Shown here one piece after another: positions 26,194 to 40,093 of a stretch of DNA of 64,000 nt (the first letter of the stretch is position 1; each line of letters begins with the position of its first letter). The translations under genes were made by a program, and so were the position numbers. This DNA is from Mobula hypostoma (taxonomy: Eukaryota): positions 98,394,001-98,458,000 of the forward strand of contig NC_086107.1 of NCBI RefSeq assembly GCF_963921235.1, written 5' to 3'. The notes beneath the pieces were generated by a model that did no database searches, was not told the origin of the DNA, and saw nothing but the letters and a program-made list of their open reading frames with translations.

Positions 26194-28739
26194 GAAGTTC
26201 CATCAGTCTGATTTCTGAAATGGCTTCTCACGTGAGCGTAGAAGAATGAGAGATCATTTTATTGAAACATACAGGACAGAACTGATGATGTTCCCAGTGG
26301 TTGAGGTGCCTATAAACTGGGGGGGGGGGGGGGGGGAGGGGTCACAGAATCAAACTAAGGGATTAGCCACACAGGACATACATAAAAAAAGAGACTTCTT
26401 TACTCATAATGTAACATATCATTGAAACCACAAGAGTTGTGGATGTTCAGCTGCTGAACGTGGTTAATCAGGTTTGTGGATATTAGAGGGAATCGGGATA
26501 TATTGAGTGAGTACAGGAGATGAGTGGTGAGATCAAAGGCAACATATGGCACGAGTGGAGCAGGCATGAAAGGCCAAATGATTATATCTGAATTCCACAT
26601 TTTTACGTGCGACAGCTTAGGCCTTTGAGAGTCAGTATGCACTCCCCTGATAGTCAGTTATATATTAATCGATTCGAAAAGCAGAGTTCAAAAGTATGAC
26701 TATTGAGCTGGATCTTGGCTGAAATCCAGCTGAGTCGGGAATGCTGGTTCTGATCAGAACTATTATGGGGAATATTCATGGGGGATAGGTGAAAGTGGGG
26801 GAGAGGAGGAGGCAGGGATGGGGGTGGTGAGGCAGATCATTATGGCAGGAAGCGATGAGTCAGTCACAGACCAAAAAACCTGCCAACAGTCTGCTACCTA
26901 CAGATACGGCTTCTGGAAAGGAGACTGATTGCAGAAGAGGTGGTGTCCTGTGTTCACTGGGTCAGCATAACAGCTCTTGCAGTTTGTTTGCAGGGCAGCT
27001 GGTCAAGTTTGAAAAATTCTTGTACCTCTCACAGCATTTTGGAGTTCACGAAGGGAAGTTGAGGGATCATACACTCGTACCAATGAACCACTGCACTGGT
27101 TTGGAATAAGCTACAGAAAGTTCAGAACAGAGCCAGCTCCATTATAGGCACTAGTCTCCCCAGCATAGAGGACACCTTCATAAGGCAATGCCTCAAAATG
27201 GCAGCATCCACCATCAAAGACCTGCATCACCCAGGACCTGCCCTCTTCTCATTGTTACTACCAAGGAGGTGGTACAGGAGCCTGAGGACTCACATTCAGC
27301 GTTTTAGGGACAACTTCTCCCCCTCCGCCATCAGATTTCTGAATGGACAATGAACCCAGGAACCCTACCTTAGAATTTTTTCTTCTTTTTCTCCCTTTTT
27401 GATGAGAAAACAAATGTAGAGGTGTAAAGGAGCCATGGATGCTCACCTGGTCCAATAGTGATACCTTCCTAATTAGTTTGATGTAGATTCACAAATGGCA
27501 AAAGGGCATTCCTCACCAATAATCCAAATGTGAGCAGGAAGTTTAATCAAAGTAAATTTTATTATCAAAGTATATGTAGGTCATCATTTACAACCCTGAA
27601 ATTCATCTTTCTGTGGGAATACTCAATAAATCTATAGAATAATAACTATAACAGAATCAATGAATAACCACCCAGCTTGGCCGTTCAACCAGAGTGCAGA
27701 AGACAACAAACTGTGCAAATACAAAAAGAAAAAAATAATAATAAGTAAGCAATAAATATCAAGATGAAAAGTCCTTGAAAATGAGTCCATTGGTTGTGGG
27801 AACATTTCAGTGATGGGGCAAGTGAAGTTATCCCCTTTGGTTCAAGAGCCTGATGGTTGAGGGGTAATAAGTGCTCCTGACAACACACACAAAATGCTGG
27901 AGGAACTCAGCAGGCCAGGCAGCATCTATGAAACAGAGAAAACAGTCCATGTTTTGAGCTGAGACCGTTCGTCAGGACTATTGAGGAAAGCAACATCTAT
28001 TACTGGCGGGGGGGGGGGGGGATGTCCCATATTCTGGCTATGCCATCTTGTCACCCTCTGACCATCTGCACCTCAATGTTAAACAAGTGTTTCTTCCCCA
28101 CTGCCATCAGGTTGTTTGGACCAAACTGAAAAACCCTAACACTACTTTATTTTCCCTCAACTTGCATTAATGTCATTATCTTTCTTTTGGTCACATAGCT
28201 TATGCATAATTCATGTTAATTTATTTTTGTTTGTGTGAGTCATCGCTGTGCTGCTGCTACAAATAGCTAATTTTCACAGCATTTCTTTCCTGGGTATGTA
28301 CACCCATGACAATAAATTTGAACCTCCTTATCTGACACAAGCATTATTCCCATATGAATACTCCAGCTGGCCATGGTGCCCTTAGGTTGGATTGAATTGG
28401 CCTCCTTGGCCCTTCCACAAGCAGGCTTAGAGAGGCCTCAAGGCCTCACAGAGCGGAACATGAGCCCCCCAAGCCCAGCACTGAGCCAAAAGCACTGCAG
28501 TCAAAAGCCTGCATCAAAACTTCTCTGTTATTCAAAGACTTTGAAAAGTTAAAATGTATTAAAATCATTCAAAACATATTAAAATGTGTAGTTAAAGTAC
28601 TATGTTGTTGATTAACAATGAGGAAATAAGGCCCTCGGTTGGTCGGGGTTAACCATGGATGTTGTGTCCCAGCTGTCTACGTGATTCACAAGCCAGGGCT
28701 GTACGATACGGAGAGCAAGCTGTGTCGAGGACGCCACGC

Positions 28740-29870
28740 AAACGTGAGCGGATGGAAGCTGACTCCGCCCTCACGGAAGCTTTCCTGCATCACCGAGCAA
28801 ATGGGATGAAACTTGCGCTGAGTTGAAAAAGAACCAAATCTGCAGCAAGCCCATGCGATACTGTGAGCATGGATGGCCAGCTGTTCCAAAAGGAGATCAC
28901 AAACTCAGAACGTGCTGGCTTGAAAGAGACACACTCACCATTCTTGATGATTTGCTGCTAAAGGGCTTCAGACTCATCATTCCGGCTTCTGTGGATGCAA
29001 AATTACCAATCAAATCCACCAAGGACATCAAGGCATTGAAAATTGTCACCTAGGAGCAAGGCAATCTGTGTGGTGGCCTGGTCTGAGCACACAGCTGGGA
29101 GACTATGTAAAGCAATGTGAAGCATGCGGAAAACTGCACAAAAATCATGCTGAACCTCTCTGTCCCACAGAATTCCCAGACTTTCCACAGCAATTTGCGG
29201 GCACAGACATTTTTGAGCGGAACAGAGGCAAATATCTCCACTATGGATTAATACTCATGGAATATTGAGGTGTCCAGGCTGTCCTCTACACCCTTAGCAG
29301 CAGTTGTACAGCACCTGAAGACTGTATTCGCTTGCAGTGGAATACCAGAGACACTTGTGTCAGACAACGGTCCACAATTCAGCTGCTCCGAATTCAAAGC
29401 TTTTGCAAGGAACTATGAGTTCAAACACCAGACAAGTAGTTCACAGTATCCACGGACAAATGGGGAAGCAGAAAGAGCAGTGCAAACTGTTAAGAGTCTC
29501 CCATTGAAGGCTAAAGACCCCTACAATGCATTGCTAGCTTATCACTCCACACCTCTGGTGAATGGCTACAGTCCATCAGAGCTGTCAATTGGCTGGAGAT
29601 TGAGAACAAGCAGCCTGTTCTTCCTTTCCTTCTCCAACCTTACCTACTGGATTTAGACAAAATGAGAAATTTTGAGATGACACAGAGTGAGAAAACAAAG
29701 AGCATGCATGATCTCAGAGCAAAATCTTTGTTGCCACTCAGGAGTGGTGAAGGTGCTTGGGTTTCAGACCAATTCACCAAGGGAACAATAGTCCGGCAGC
29801 GTGCACCATGATTGTTTGTGATCAGAACATCACAAGGTGAAATCAGGTTGATGCACATACTGCAGGCTCC
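28740..29870 (+). mobile_element. Gypsy integrase fragment (decayed)
   Basis: HQGHQGI, WWPGLSTQL..VKQCEAC, GIPETLVSDNGPQF, YPRTNGEAERAVQTVK; same family as 59600-64000. Confidence 0.88.
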
Positions 29871-32758
29871 ATTTTCCTGTTTGTTTGTTTGTTTATTTAT
29901 TATTTTATTTATTTGGACTACGTCCTTTTTTTCTCTCTGAGAGTTTGACTGACTTCTCTGCTGTGTCTGTGTCTCTGTGCACTTCCCTAGGCTAGTCACT
30001 CACAGATTATTACTTTTAGGTACAGCCTGAAGGTGTTGCCTAGCAACACTGGCTAGTTTTCAGCTCGTGCAGTGCATACAATCAGTAACTAGCAAAGGCA
30101 ATTTAAGTTGCTTAGTCTCTGGCTATTTTCATAGATATATACAAACAAGAACAGTCTTAATGTAAACTCTTTTTTGTTGGGGATCTCACTTGGTCTGTAG
30201 CACCAGTTCATTGATGGATCAACCACTTCTGACACCATGTTTGTTCGATATTGACGGATAGTGCAGAGCACACCAGACCAGCCTTGCAGGATATTCAACT
30301 GAACTTTCATAACTCTGCTTGTACAGTATGTGAACTCTTCCCACGTGGGAGAGGCTGAATGGCATAATAACCCATTAACTACCACAACACTCACCTTTGT
30401 CCCCTCTCCTGTCAGTAGAAATGTTTCTGTTGGGCTCAGCAGCTAAGCCACATGAGAAGGCATGAGTTGTCAGAGGCTATTTGAGACACACTCATTGGGA
30501 AAATTTAATAGGTAATGGGAGCTTATTCCCACTACCATCCCCGACTATGACAATTTTAAGGATTAACAAATATATAATTAAAACAAGAAATATCATAAGT
30601 TAGTCAAACTTACCTTTCATGAAGGTCCATGACCACATTCTGGTCAAAGGAATCATTCCAGATGAGCCAGCTGTTTGCTGGCATACAGCTGAGGGGCAGA
30701 ATGTGAAGTGCCTCTGGACCCTTGGCTCACTGCTCCTAGGGTTACTCCTCACTGCACACGGAGGAACCCAGTAACTTTATATCATTAAATGGTAACGTCT
30801 TAATGAAATCTCGGTAACATAGACAGCAGGGCTGCCCTACAATTGCCTGGGCTAGTTTGGGCTCCTTTTTTATAAATAGATACTCTTGCATGGACAGCAC
30901 AATGGTAGAGCCAGCAGTGCTGTTGCCTCAGTGTTAGTCCTGACATCGGATGCAGTCTGTGTGGAGTTTGCTTTGTCTCCTTATGACCACATGGGATCCC
31001 TTCAGCTGTTCTAGGTTCACAGGACCATAGAGCCTTCAGCCCATTCTATGCAGAACTGGTATTGTGCTTAGCCTTACTGATCCACACCTGAACCATCGCC
31101 CTCCCACTCATGCCCTTATCCAAACTTCTCCGAAGTGCCGCATCCACTTCCACTGGCAGCTCATTCCACACTCTCAGCTCCCTCCAAGTGAAGAAGCTCC
31201 CCCCTCGGGTTCCCTTCGCACGTTCCAAAAACACGCAAGCTGGAAGGCTCATCGGTGACTGCAATTTATCTTAGAACGCAAGCGAGTGGTAGAATCTGGG
31301 GAGAAGTCAAGAAGGGTGAGGGGGAGAATAAAAATATGGGATTATATAGGATCAGCGTAAAACGACGGTTAATAGTTGGCACAGACTCAGTGGGCCACGG
31401 CCTTATTGTGCTCTCTTGCTCTCTCTCTCTCTGATTCGGTAAACCCTGAACTAAAATCTTTAGCCGTCAGTTATTTCTTCCTTCCAGAAGTTATCTTCTT
31501 TGGAATGTTGCACCTTCCCTCAATTTACCCAGAAAATCCAAAAGAATATCACTTACCTTACTCACCCCTCCAAGAGTCAGTCATATAATCACACAGAGCA
31601 GAATGAGGCTTTGCACACATGCTCACACAGATCAATTTGCCCATTAACATTAACCCCACTTGTCCTGTTACAGTTCCTGTCCAAAGTCTATTAAAGAGGC
31701 ATTCTTTCTGACTCCACCACCTCGACTGCAGAGATCAAGTATAAAGTACATCCTTAAATCCCCTTCCTCTCACTTTAAACCTATGTCCTGTTTCTAATAC
31801 CCTCACCATGGAGAAGATTCATTACTATCTACTATTTAGTGCCTCTTAGAATGTTATATACCTCCATCAGATCACTCATCAGCCTCCTCCACTCAAGGAC
31901 AAACCAACACCTACCCAATATCTCCCAATCCAGGCAAGATCCTGGTGATAAATATGAAGTAGTCTGCAGATGCTGGAAATCCATAGCAACACACCCAAAA
32001 TGCTGCAGGAATTCAGCAGGTCAGGCAGCTGAATAAACAGTGGACATTTTGGGACATCTTCAGGACTCTTCAGGTCATAATAAATCACCTCTGCATTCAC
32101 TGCTGCACTATCACATCCCTCCCTCACCCCAGAGCTGCACACAGCATTCCAAGGACAGCCTAACCAGTGTCTTGAAAGGTTGCAACATTACATCCCAACT
32201 TTTATTCTATGGCCTGACCTAGCCAGCTTCACCAGCCTATATTAGTTAGAAACTCTACCCTGAATATCTTTCATAAGTGTACATTCTCCTCCCCTCAGGT
32301 TTCCTATCTGAACTTACACTGACCATCTGTACATTCACTGATTTCTGAATTATTTTACCCAGAACTGCCTGGCTTCCCTTATCCTACTCCTGACTCATTT
32401 TTGACATCCTACATACTATCTTGATTAATTTATTGTTCTCACAGACCTATAAACTTTTTTTTGGATTCTAACTATTTATTCCTGGCTTTCCAAATTTGCC
32501 AAGTTTCCTTCCTGAGGAAACAACCTTATTCTGTATAACTGCAATCTGTGCATTATAAACCTTGCTAATTTTGGACCTTGCTATGCAAAACTGTGTTTCA
32601 GACATAACTACACTTCAAGAAGCACTATGATTCTGCCAGCTGCTTTGGGACATACCAAGGTATCTCCTCCAAACCTTTGGATCATTTCCTCCTTGCACAT
32701 CACCCCACCTAGCACACTCATTGTCCACCGTCATCAATTCACTGATCTCAGTCTAGAT

Positions 32759-32838
32759 CAAGGGATACCAACCTTTTTCGTGCCACGGACCAACACCATT
32801 AAGCAAGTGGTCCGTGGACACCAGGTTGGGAAGCCCTG
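32759..32838. mobile_element. 80 bp hAT-like MITE
   Basis: CAAGGG..CCAACC / GGTTGGGAAGCCCTG termini; 8 bp TSD GTCTAGAT/GTCTAGTT. Confidence 0.75.
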
Positions 32839-33657
32839 GTCTAGTTGAAAATTCTTTTTCTATTTTGATCTGTAATCTTAAATTGGCTCAGTCCTCTCAG
32901 AGTCATATTTAGTTACCTGATGGAGTTCACCACAAGCAGAACCTTTGCCCTGTATTGATTCAAAATTCCATTTTCTTTTCTTTTCATGTCCTAATCCACA
33001 TGTAGACAATTAAAATCCACCAGAACAATAATTCTGTTACTTTTTCTCTCTAATCACACTACTCCATTTTCTTCCTGAAATCTGGAAATTTCTGATAAAC
33101 ACACTTAAGCATTGGAACACACGAATTTTATCTTAAAACTCCAACTATATTGACTTCTCCTCCCTTGCTATATCACCCCTTCTACAACCATCATTGTTCT
33201 CTGACTCCTTTCTTATCTTTCTATTCCTCCTACATATATCTTTAAAAGTTCAGTCTTCATTCCTGCCCGGTTAGTCGGGTTTCTATTAATGCTGACTAAA
33301 TCTAGACCTTCCTGTGCAATTATGCAATACATAGATTTTAACTATTTAATGTTTTAAACAGTTCCAAATTGGCAGAGGTACTATGGACCAAAGCAACAAT
33401 CTGTTGGGGAAGCTTAGCGGGTTAAGTAGTATCTCTGGGGGTAGTGGAAAAAGGGGAAGAAATTACCAACATTTTAGTTTGAAATCCTGTATCACAACTG
33501 CAGGTTGTTTGTTGCTCCAGATTCCAGCATCTGCAGTCTTGTGTCTCTGCACTACGGACTGAAATGACTTTTGTACTGTTTCACAATTCCAGGATGGTTC
33601 CTTTGGATACCATCCTGACATTCAGCTGTTATTTACTGAACTGGGAATACTCTAGCC

Positions 33658-33737
33658 CAAGGGTTCCCAATCTTTTTTATGCCACGGACCCCTGCCATTA
33701 ACTGAGGAGTCTGTGAACCCCAGGTTGGGAGCCCCTG
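33658..33737. mobile_element. 80 bp hAT-like MITE, second copy
   Basis: CAAGGGTTCCCAA / TTGGGAGCCCCTG termini; 8 bp TSD CTCTAGCC/CTCTAGCT. Confidence 0.75.
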
Positions 33738-35137
33738 CTCTAGCTGAGTTAACCCTCAACCCAGGACTTGTGCAAGATGCAAAGCTGCAGTCCTCTGTGA
33801 CTGTTAGAGGTCCCCGGACACGGCTTTTGAGTGAGAAGTTCTCCATGTTCTGGCCTGAACCTGAACTTTCAACCTGAGCCACTTCCACCAAAATCTGCTC
33901 AATTGCCCCATGGCTTTTGCTGGATGGTTCACAACCTGTTGCAGAATCTCAGCTTCATCACCTGTCCATAGCAGTGTCGTCGACTCCAGAGTAACAAAAC
34001 TGTGGTGGAAGTGGCAACTCTGGGACTTTAAGCACTTGGGAATATTTTAATTCAAATCTGAAATAAATACAATCACATGGAAATAAGGCTTTGGTTTAAA
34101 AACACATGTATTGCTTCAACCTTAACTCAAAAATTAAAAAAAAAAACAATAGTTAATGCCTTCTGCACCAATAAAGGAGTAAAACAGAGAAATCACAAAA
34201 GAAAGTAAACAGGAAAAAAGACAATGCTGCTCTTTTCAGCAGCAAGTTTGTTCGTTGTTACAGAAATTCAACTGGGAAAGCGAAGAGGTGAATGTAGTGA
34301 CTGGGAGATGCTTCACCCCAGCGGGGCAAAGGAACATAAATGTACAGTACACTCCAACATTTAGCACAGAGCAGCAGCAAGGCATAAGGCACCATTTGTA
34401 CTCGGGGCGGCTATTTGCCATCACCGCTGTATAAACCCCACAAGTGGATGGGAAGGACTGGCTGGCCCAAAATAAGGCTCACAAAGTCTGATGCAGAAAA
34501 TTATGAAATCAATAGATAAAAAAAATAGAAAGTATATCATTAAGGGGAAAATTGAGAGGGGCTGCTTTGAGGGTGAAGATTAACTGATATAAACAGGACT
34601 GGATCAGCAATCTCTTTTACAAGAAGAGATTCAGGAATGGATGCATTGTAACTTCAGGCAAATAGCAATGGACAACCTCCCTAGACAGACACTGGAGTGT
34701 AAAGTGAGTGTATGTGTGCAAAGGTGAGTCTGTGTGTGTCTCTACACATGGATTCACCGTTAATTACAGCAGAGATGTCGTTAATGAAATCGGCTTGAAG
34801 GCCAATAATGGTTGAACGACGATTGTGTGGGGTACCCTGTGCCTGAAGCACACACCACTGGAGGTTTCTGACGATGAAGGACGCCTGTGAAACTGAATGT
34901 TGCTGATGTTCTCAAAGTCTCACTCTGCCCCATTGGGTGAAGGATCTGGCTATTGGACAATGGTGCCACTTTGAGAGACTGACTGGAGATACAATGTGAT
35001 GGGCCTTGTGTGGGGACACTCAGATGCAGTGGCATACACGGAAACCCATTCCTAGTGCTGACGAGCAGTCCTTCCTCGACTCTCTCCCCAGGCAAAGTGC
35101 TTTTGTCATTCGGTCTGCAGTCTCATTGCAGCTCCCC

Positions 35138-35218
35138 TCATTTCCTCTTGCGGTTGTGAGTTTTCAGTTCCTCCAGCTCCTTCTCCATCAGGTGTGATTC
35201 TGCCGTGGTTTCAGAGAG
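35138..35218 (-). CDS. CBY1: Chibby 1, last coding exon
   Basis: tttttcttacag| then LSETTAESHLMEKELEELKTHNRKRK*. The four exons sum to 381 nt, i.e. 126 aa, ending in the RKRK NLS. Confidence 0.95.
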   Translation of the reverse strand, partial: LSETTAESHLMEKELEELKTHNRKRK

Positions 35219-35534
35219 CTGTAAGAAAAATATTATCACCCAGAGCTCTCCAAGCATTCTACCATCTTGAAAACTAACTACCTCATCAATCCCCAATTCT
35301 AGTGAGCCTTGCTTCAGCTGCAGTTCCCTCATTCTATGTAGTGTTAATGGATTCGGGGTCTCTGTTCCCACATAAGGCCGTTCTGGACCACATCCCCCTC
35401 CCTGACCCCATCCTCACTCCATAATACCCCACCCAAGCCACAGCACCTGAATGAAGAGAGATTGCTGATAAGCCAAAATACTGAGGGATCTTAATGTTCT
35501 TGTGCAAAAATCCAGCAGGCAGATGCAATGAGAC

Positions 35535-36110
35535 CATAAGACTTGGGAGCAGAGTTACTGCCTTCAGCCCACAGAGTCTGCTCTGCCGTTCCATCATGAC
35601 CGATTTACTACCACTTCTCAAACTCATTCTCCTGCCTTCTCCCATTAACCTTTGATGTCTTGACTAATCAAAAGCCTATCAACCCCCGATTTAAATATAC
35701 CCAATGATTTGGCCTCCACGGCAATGAGTTCCAGAGATTCACTACCTTCTGGCTAAAGAAATTCCTCCTCATCTCGGCTCTAAATGGACATCCCTCTATT
35801 CTGAGGCTGTGCCCTCTAATCCTAGACTCACCTATTAGTGGAAACGTCCCCTAATCCATTCTACCTAGGCCTTTCAATATTTGATAGGTTTCAATGAAAT
35901 TCTCCCCCTCGTTCTTCTAAACCTGCAGGCCCAGAGCCATTAAATGCTCCTCATAAGTTAACCCTTTCGTTTCCAGGATCATTCTCGTGAACCTCCCCTG
36001 GAGCTTCTCCAGTGCCAGCACATCCTTTCTTAGATCAGGGGCCCAAAACTGATCACAATACTCCAAATGCAGTCTGACCAACACCTTATAAAGCCTCAGC
36101 ATTACATAAC
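35535..36110 (-). mobile_element. CR1 LINE 3' end in the last CBY1 intron
   Basis: MLRLYKVLVRLHLEYCDQFWAPDLRKDVLALEKLQGRFTRMI. Confidence 0.85.
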
Positions 36111-36936
36111 CGGTTAATAAAATTGCTTTTGCTGTAAGAGAGCTGGGTTTAGATACAGGGTGATCTTGCACAATTGTACTAGATACTGGTGACATTGCAC
36201 CTGCAGTACTATGCAGTTTTAATCTCCTTATTTAAAAGGTATACTTGCATTGGAGATGGTCCAAAAGAGACTGAATGGGCTGATTCCTGGGATAAGAGGA
36301 TTGTCCTGTCACAAGCAGCTAAAGAAATGAGACCTGAATGCTTTGGAGTTTGTAAGAATGAGGGCATTCTTGTTGCGATACAAGAGATCAGAAGTGGGTT
36401 TTCGAGGGTAGATCTCAAGACGTTTCCACCAATGGGAGGATCTTGAACAAGTGGACATGGTTACAAAATCATTTAAAACTGGGGTTTGCAGGAACTTTTT
36501 GCAGATGGTGACAAATCTCTTAATTCTCTATCCTGGAGGGTTATGAAGTCTTGATCATTGGGGGTGTTAAAGAGAAGGCTGATGTCCATGAAAGATTCTG
36601 GGGTTGAGGGCTACAGGAACCAGTCAAGAAAAGGCACACTGAATGATGGAGCAGGCTTGCGGGGCTTACTCCTCAAGTCCAACCCCACCCTCACAAATCC
36701 CCTTCCCACTCCCCACCTCCCCCTCCCATACCCTTGCCCTTCCCTGTTCTCTCACCTTGCCCCACCACAACCCACACTCTACCACTGGCTAGTCCCACAC
36801 GCTTAGCCTTCCCCCCCCCCAGCCCCACACTCTCAGCTCGCCCCATGCCAATGCCACACGCTTCCCCTTCTCCCAACAGACCCAGACCATCGGTCCTGTG
36901 CGCCAACCCCACTCGCCATGTCTCGCAGGTACTCGC

Positions 36937-37052
36937 CATGTCCAGCAGGATGTCAATCTTCAGCCGCAGAAGATTGTTCTCCTCCTCCAGCTGCTGGTTA
37001 CGCTTCCGCAGGCGCTGAACCTCCTTGTGTGGCCCACCATCACGCACAGACT
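36937..37052 (-). CDS. CBY1: Chibby 1, third coding exon (coiled coil; GC donor)
   Basis: cttcag| then ESVRDGGPHKEVQRLRKRNQQLEEENNLLRLKIDILLDM, 116 nt. The only in-frame donor at the expected point is ATG|GCGAGT. Confidence 0.93.
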
Positions 37053-37804
37053 CTGAAGCACAGCAAGACCACGGGATAGAGAAAGGTTCGCGTTGGATAC
37101 GATAATGATGAGGATGGGAACAAAGAGGAACGTGGAAGTTTACAGAGGGCATTAAAGTCGCTGATGTGAGAAGACAGTCTGAGATTACAATGACACGGGG
37201 AATTTAATCTTGAAAAATGTGAGGTGATGTAGTTTGATGGATTCAAAAGGCCAAGATTTACACAATGAAGGGAAAGACCCCCTCAGATTAAGAAGAACAC
37301 AAGGACTTTGGTATACACATCCAAGGATCCTTGAATTCAACAACACAGGAAAGCAAGGTGGTTAAGACGAAATATAGCGTACTTGTCTCTATTTTCCACG
37401 GATATTGGAGCAGGGAGTTCCAAGATAGATTAGGCCAGAACCAGAGTAAGGTGCACTGTTCTGGTCGCCACACAATAGGAAAGTTGTGATTGCAGTGGAG
37501 AGGGTGCAGAGGAGATGCTGCCTGAAGAAGCGTAGGAGGCAAGTATTCTCACAACATTTAGAAACCATTTAGCAGCAAAACCCTATGCCATTGAAAGCTA
37601 AATGCAGACAAATAGAATTAGTATGGATTGGTTGCTGTAGACTGGCAGAAGCACAAAGGGGCAAAGGGCTCGTTCTATGCTGCAAGGCTCTATACACTCT
37701 TTTGAGAAATTCAATGTCAAAGCCCTGATTAATGGAACTGAAAAGACAGAGAGATCGGGGACATCTAGAAGCAGTGGGAAAAAAGCAGAAATAAGAGAGT
37801 CAGA

Positions 37805-38195
37805 AACAAGAGAAAATCTGCAGATGCTGGAAATGCAAGCAACACAAACAAAATGTTGGAGGAACTCAGCAGGCCAGGCGGCAAAGTACAGTCGCCGTTT
37901 CAGGCCAAGACCTTCGGCAGGACTGGAGAAAGAAAAGATGAGGGTAACGTTAAAAGGTGGGGGAAGGGGAGGGAGAAACACAAGGTGATAGATGAAACCG
38001 GGAGAGAGAGGGATGTCATAAAGAGCTGGGAAGTTGAGTAGTGAAAGAGATACAGAGCTGGAGAAGGTGGGGGGGGGGGGGTTCTGATAGGTGAGGATAG
38101 AAGGCCATGGAAGAAAGAAGAGGGGGGAGGAGCCCCAAAGAGGGGCAATGGGCAGGCAAGAGAGTCAGAATGGGAGACAAGAGGGGAGAGGTTTG
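37805..38195 (-). mobile_element. Penelope-like terminal repeat and UTR
   Basis: CTGCAGATGCTGGA...GGAACTCAGCAGG family with a decayed hammerhead motif. Confidence 0.7.
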
Positions 38196-39987
38196 CACTC
38201 TGACTCAACCCCTTTCAAATTGACACTGCTCCCTCCCAACGTTCCAACCCAACCTTTGCAGTCTTCTCACTCCTTCAAAGGAGAGAGGCTGAGATAGAGG
38301 GGCAGGTAGGCTGAGGGAGAAGGACAATGTGAAATCATTGGTAAACTTCATGCAAAGTGTGATTGAGAATCATGGTGAAGACAGATAAGTGAATCATAGC
38401 ATTCCAAAGAAAACACCCCTATACCAGGGACACCATTAATGAAGGGATACACGTATGAAGGAATCGGTAGAAACAGGTCAGCAGAATATTATGGGCCAAA
38501 GGGCTAATACTGTGCTCTGCTATTCTATGTTCTATGAATAGGCGAGAAGATGAGGAAAAGAGTTTTCTGAAGGGTGATGGAAATCTGTACCTTAAGAGGA
38601 ACAGACTTTCATAAAATTGAAACCCCCATAACATTTTAAGAGAATTTGGAGGTAATCTCTTAAGAACCACGAAGCTGGTGCAGGAGGGTGGCAATGCGTT
38701 TAGTATGTCTCTTCTTCAGCCAACACACACATTGACACTGAATGAATGGCTTCCTTGCATGATGTAATTTGCTATAATTCTATTAACGCTGAAAGAGGAG
38801 GGGGGTGAAACTTGGACGTGGCATCACTCCAAGTTATTGGTGTTTTGAGAGGGAGGTGAGGGGAAGGGGAATCCTGACTTATTTGTGTCTGGGGAGGGTG
38901 AAAAGAAGGGCCAAGGGGTGGGATAGCTACAAGAACTGTCGTCTCACAGTTCCCGACCTCGAGTGCTGTCTGGTGTAGTGTGGTGTTTTCGCACTTTCCC
39001 ACAGATGCTACCACTTCTTCCCACATACCGAAAATGTGCAGATTGGTAGGTTATTGTGAAGTTCCTCTAATGCAGGTGAGCGGTGGAATCTGGGGAAGGC
39101 TGATTGGAACGCCAGGACAATAAAAAGGGATTTTGTGGGGATGAGGGCAATTAGTTAGGGGAAGGGTTGAGGGATGTAGATGAGAGGCTGGAGGAGAGAG
39201 GGATGAGGAGCTCAGGCTTAAGGGTAGGTATGGGAGATGGAGAAGTGAGGGGCGTGGAGCTTAAGGTTAGAAAGAGAGGGTGACTTGGCAGGGTGGGACA
39301 CAAGGCTGTATCTAAGTTTAAATAAGTCATAGCTTCCCTACTTTGTATCGTTTTCAGTGATCTCTTTTGTATCTGGGTATGTGGGTCTCCCCAATCTGGA
39401 TCAAATTTTATTTATTTATTGAGATACAACATGGAGTAAACATTTCCTGCCCTTCAAGTCATGTGGCCAAGCAACCCCTGATTTAACCTTGGCCTAATCA
39501 CGGAACAATTTACAATGCCCAATTAACCTACTGACCAGTATGTCTTTGGAGGAAACCAGAGCACCCGGAGCAAACCCACACGGTCACAGGGAGAACGTAC
39601 AAACTCCTTACAGGCAGCAGCGGGAATTGAACCCGGGTCGCTGGGACTGTAAATCACTAACCACTGTGCGACCGTGTTCAACTAATGGTGAACAATCCTA
39701 TTCTCAGTGGTAATTAAAAAGGACCAGTTAGTATTTTTCGACCCTCGTTATTAGGCTTAATTTTGACCATTTGGTTGTGTAAAATGGGTGCTCTCGGTGG
39801 GCTAAGGTGCCAGTTTCCATGCTTTGTAACTATAATGGATACAGTGAGCACACAACTGAGGAAGGTTCATGATCGAGGGAAAACAAAGTAATAAAAAAAT
39901 TAAAACTGAATGAAGATTCTCATGTTCATTGGCAAGAGTATTGCTGCAATTGTATTCTGCTAATGTTTAAGAACTAGCTGAACTAAC

Positions 39988-40093
39988 CTGATATCCACTG
40001 CCCATTGTCAAACTTCAGGCTCTGTCCTCCAATATTCATCACAGGAGCACCGTGATCCAGTCCCAGTTCAACCTCCCGGGTCACACGATCCAG
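39988..40093 (-). CDS. CBY1: Chibby 1, second coding exon
   Basis: ttctacag|...|gttagt, 106 nt, encodes LDRVTREVELGLDHGAPVMNIGGQSLKFDNGQWIS. Confidence 0.95.

Noticed and set aside
34046-34113. CBY1 polyadenylation signal candidates (ATTAAA, AATACA on the minus strand)
   Set aside because: Cannot choose between variants without 3'-end data.
17300-35000. TOMM22, which follows CBY1 in human
   Set aside because: No TOMM22-like peptide recognised in this interval.
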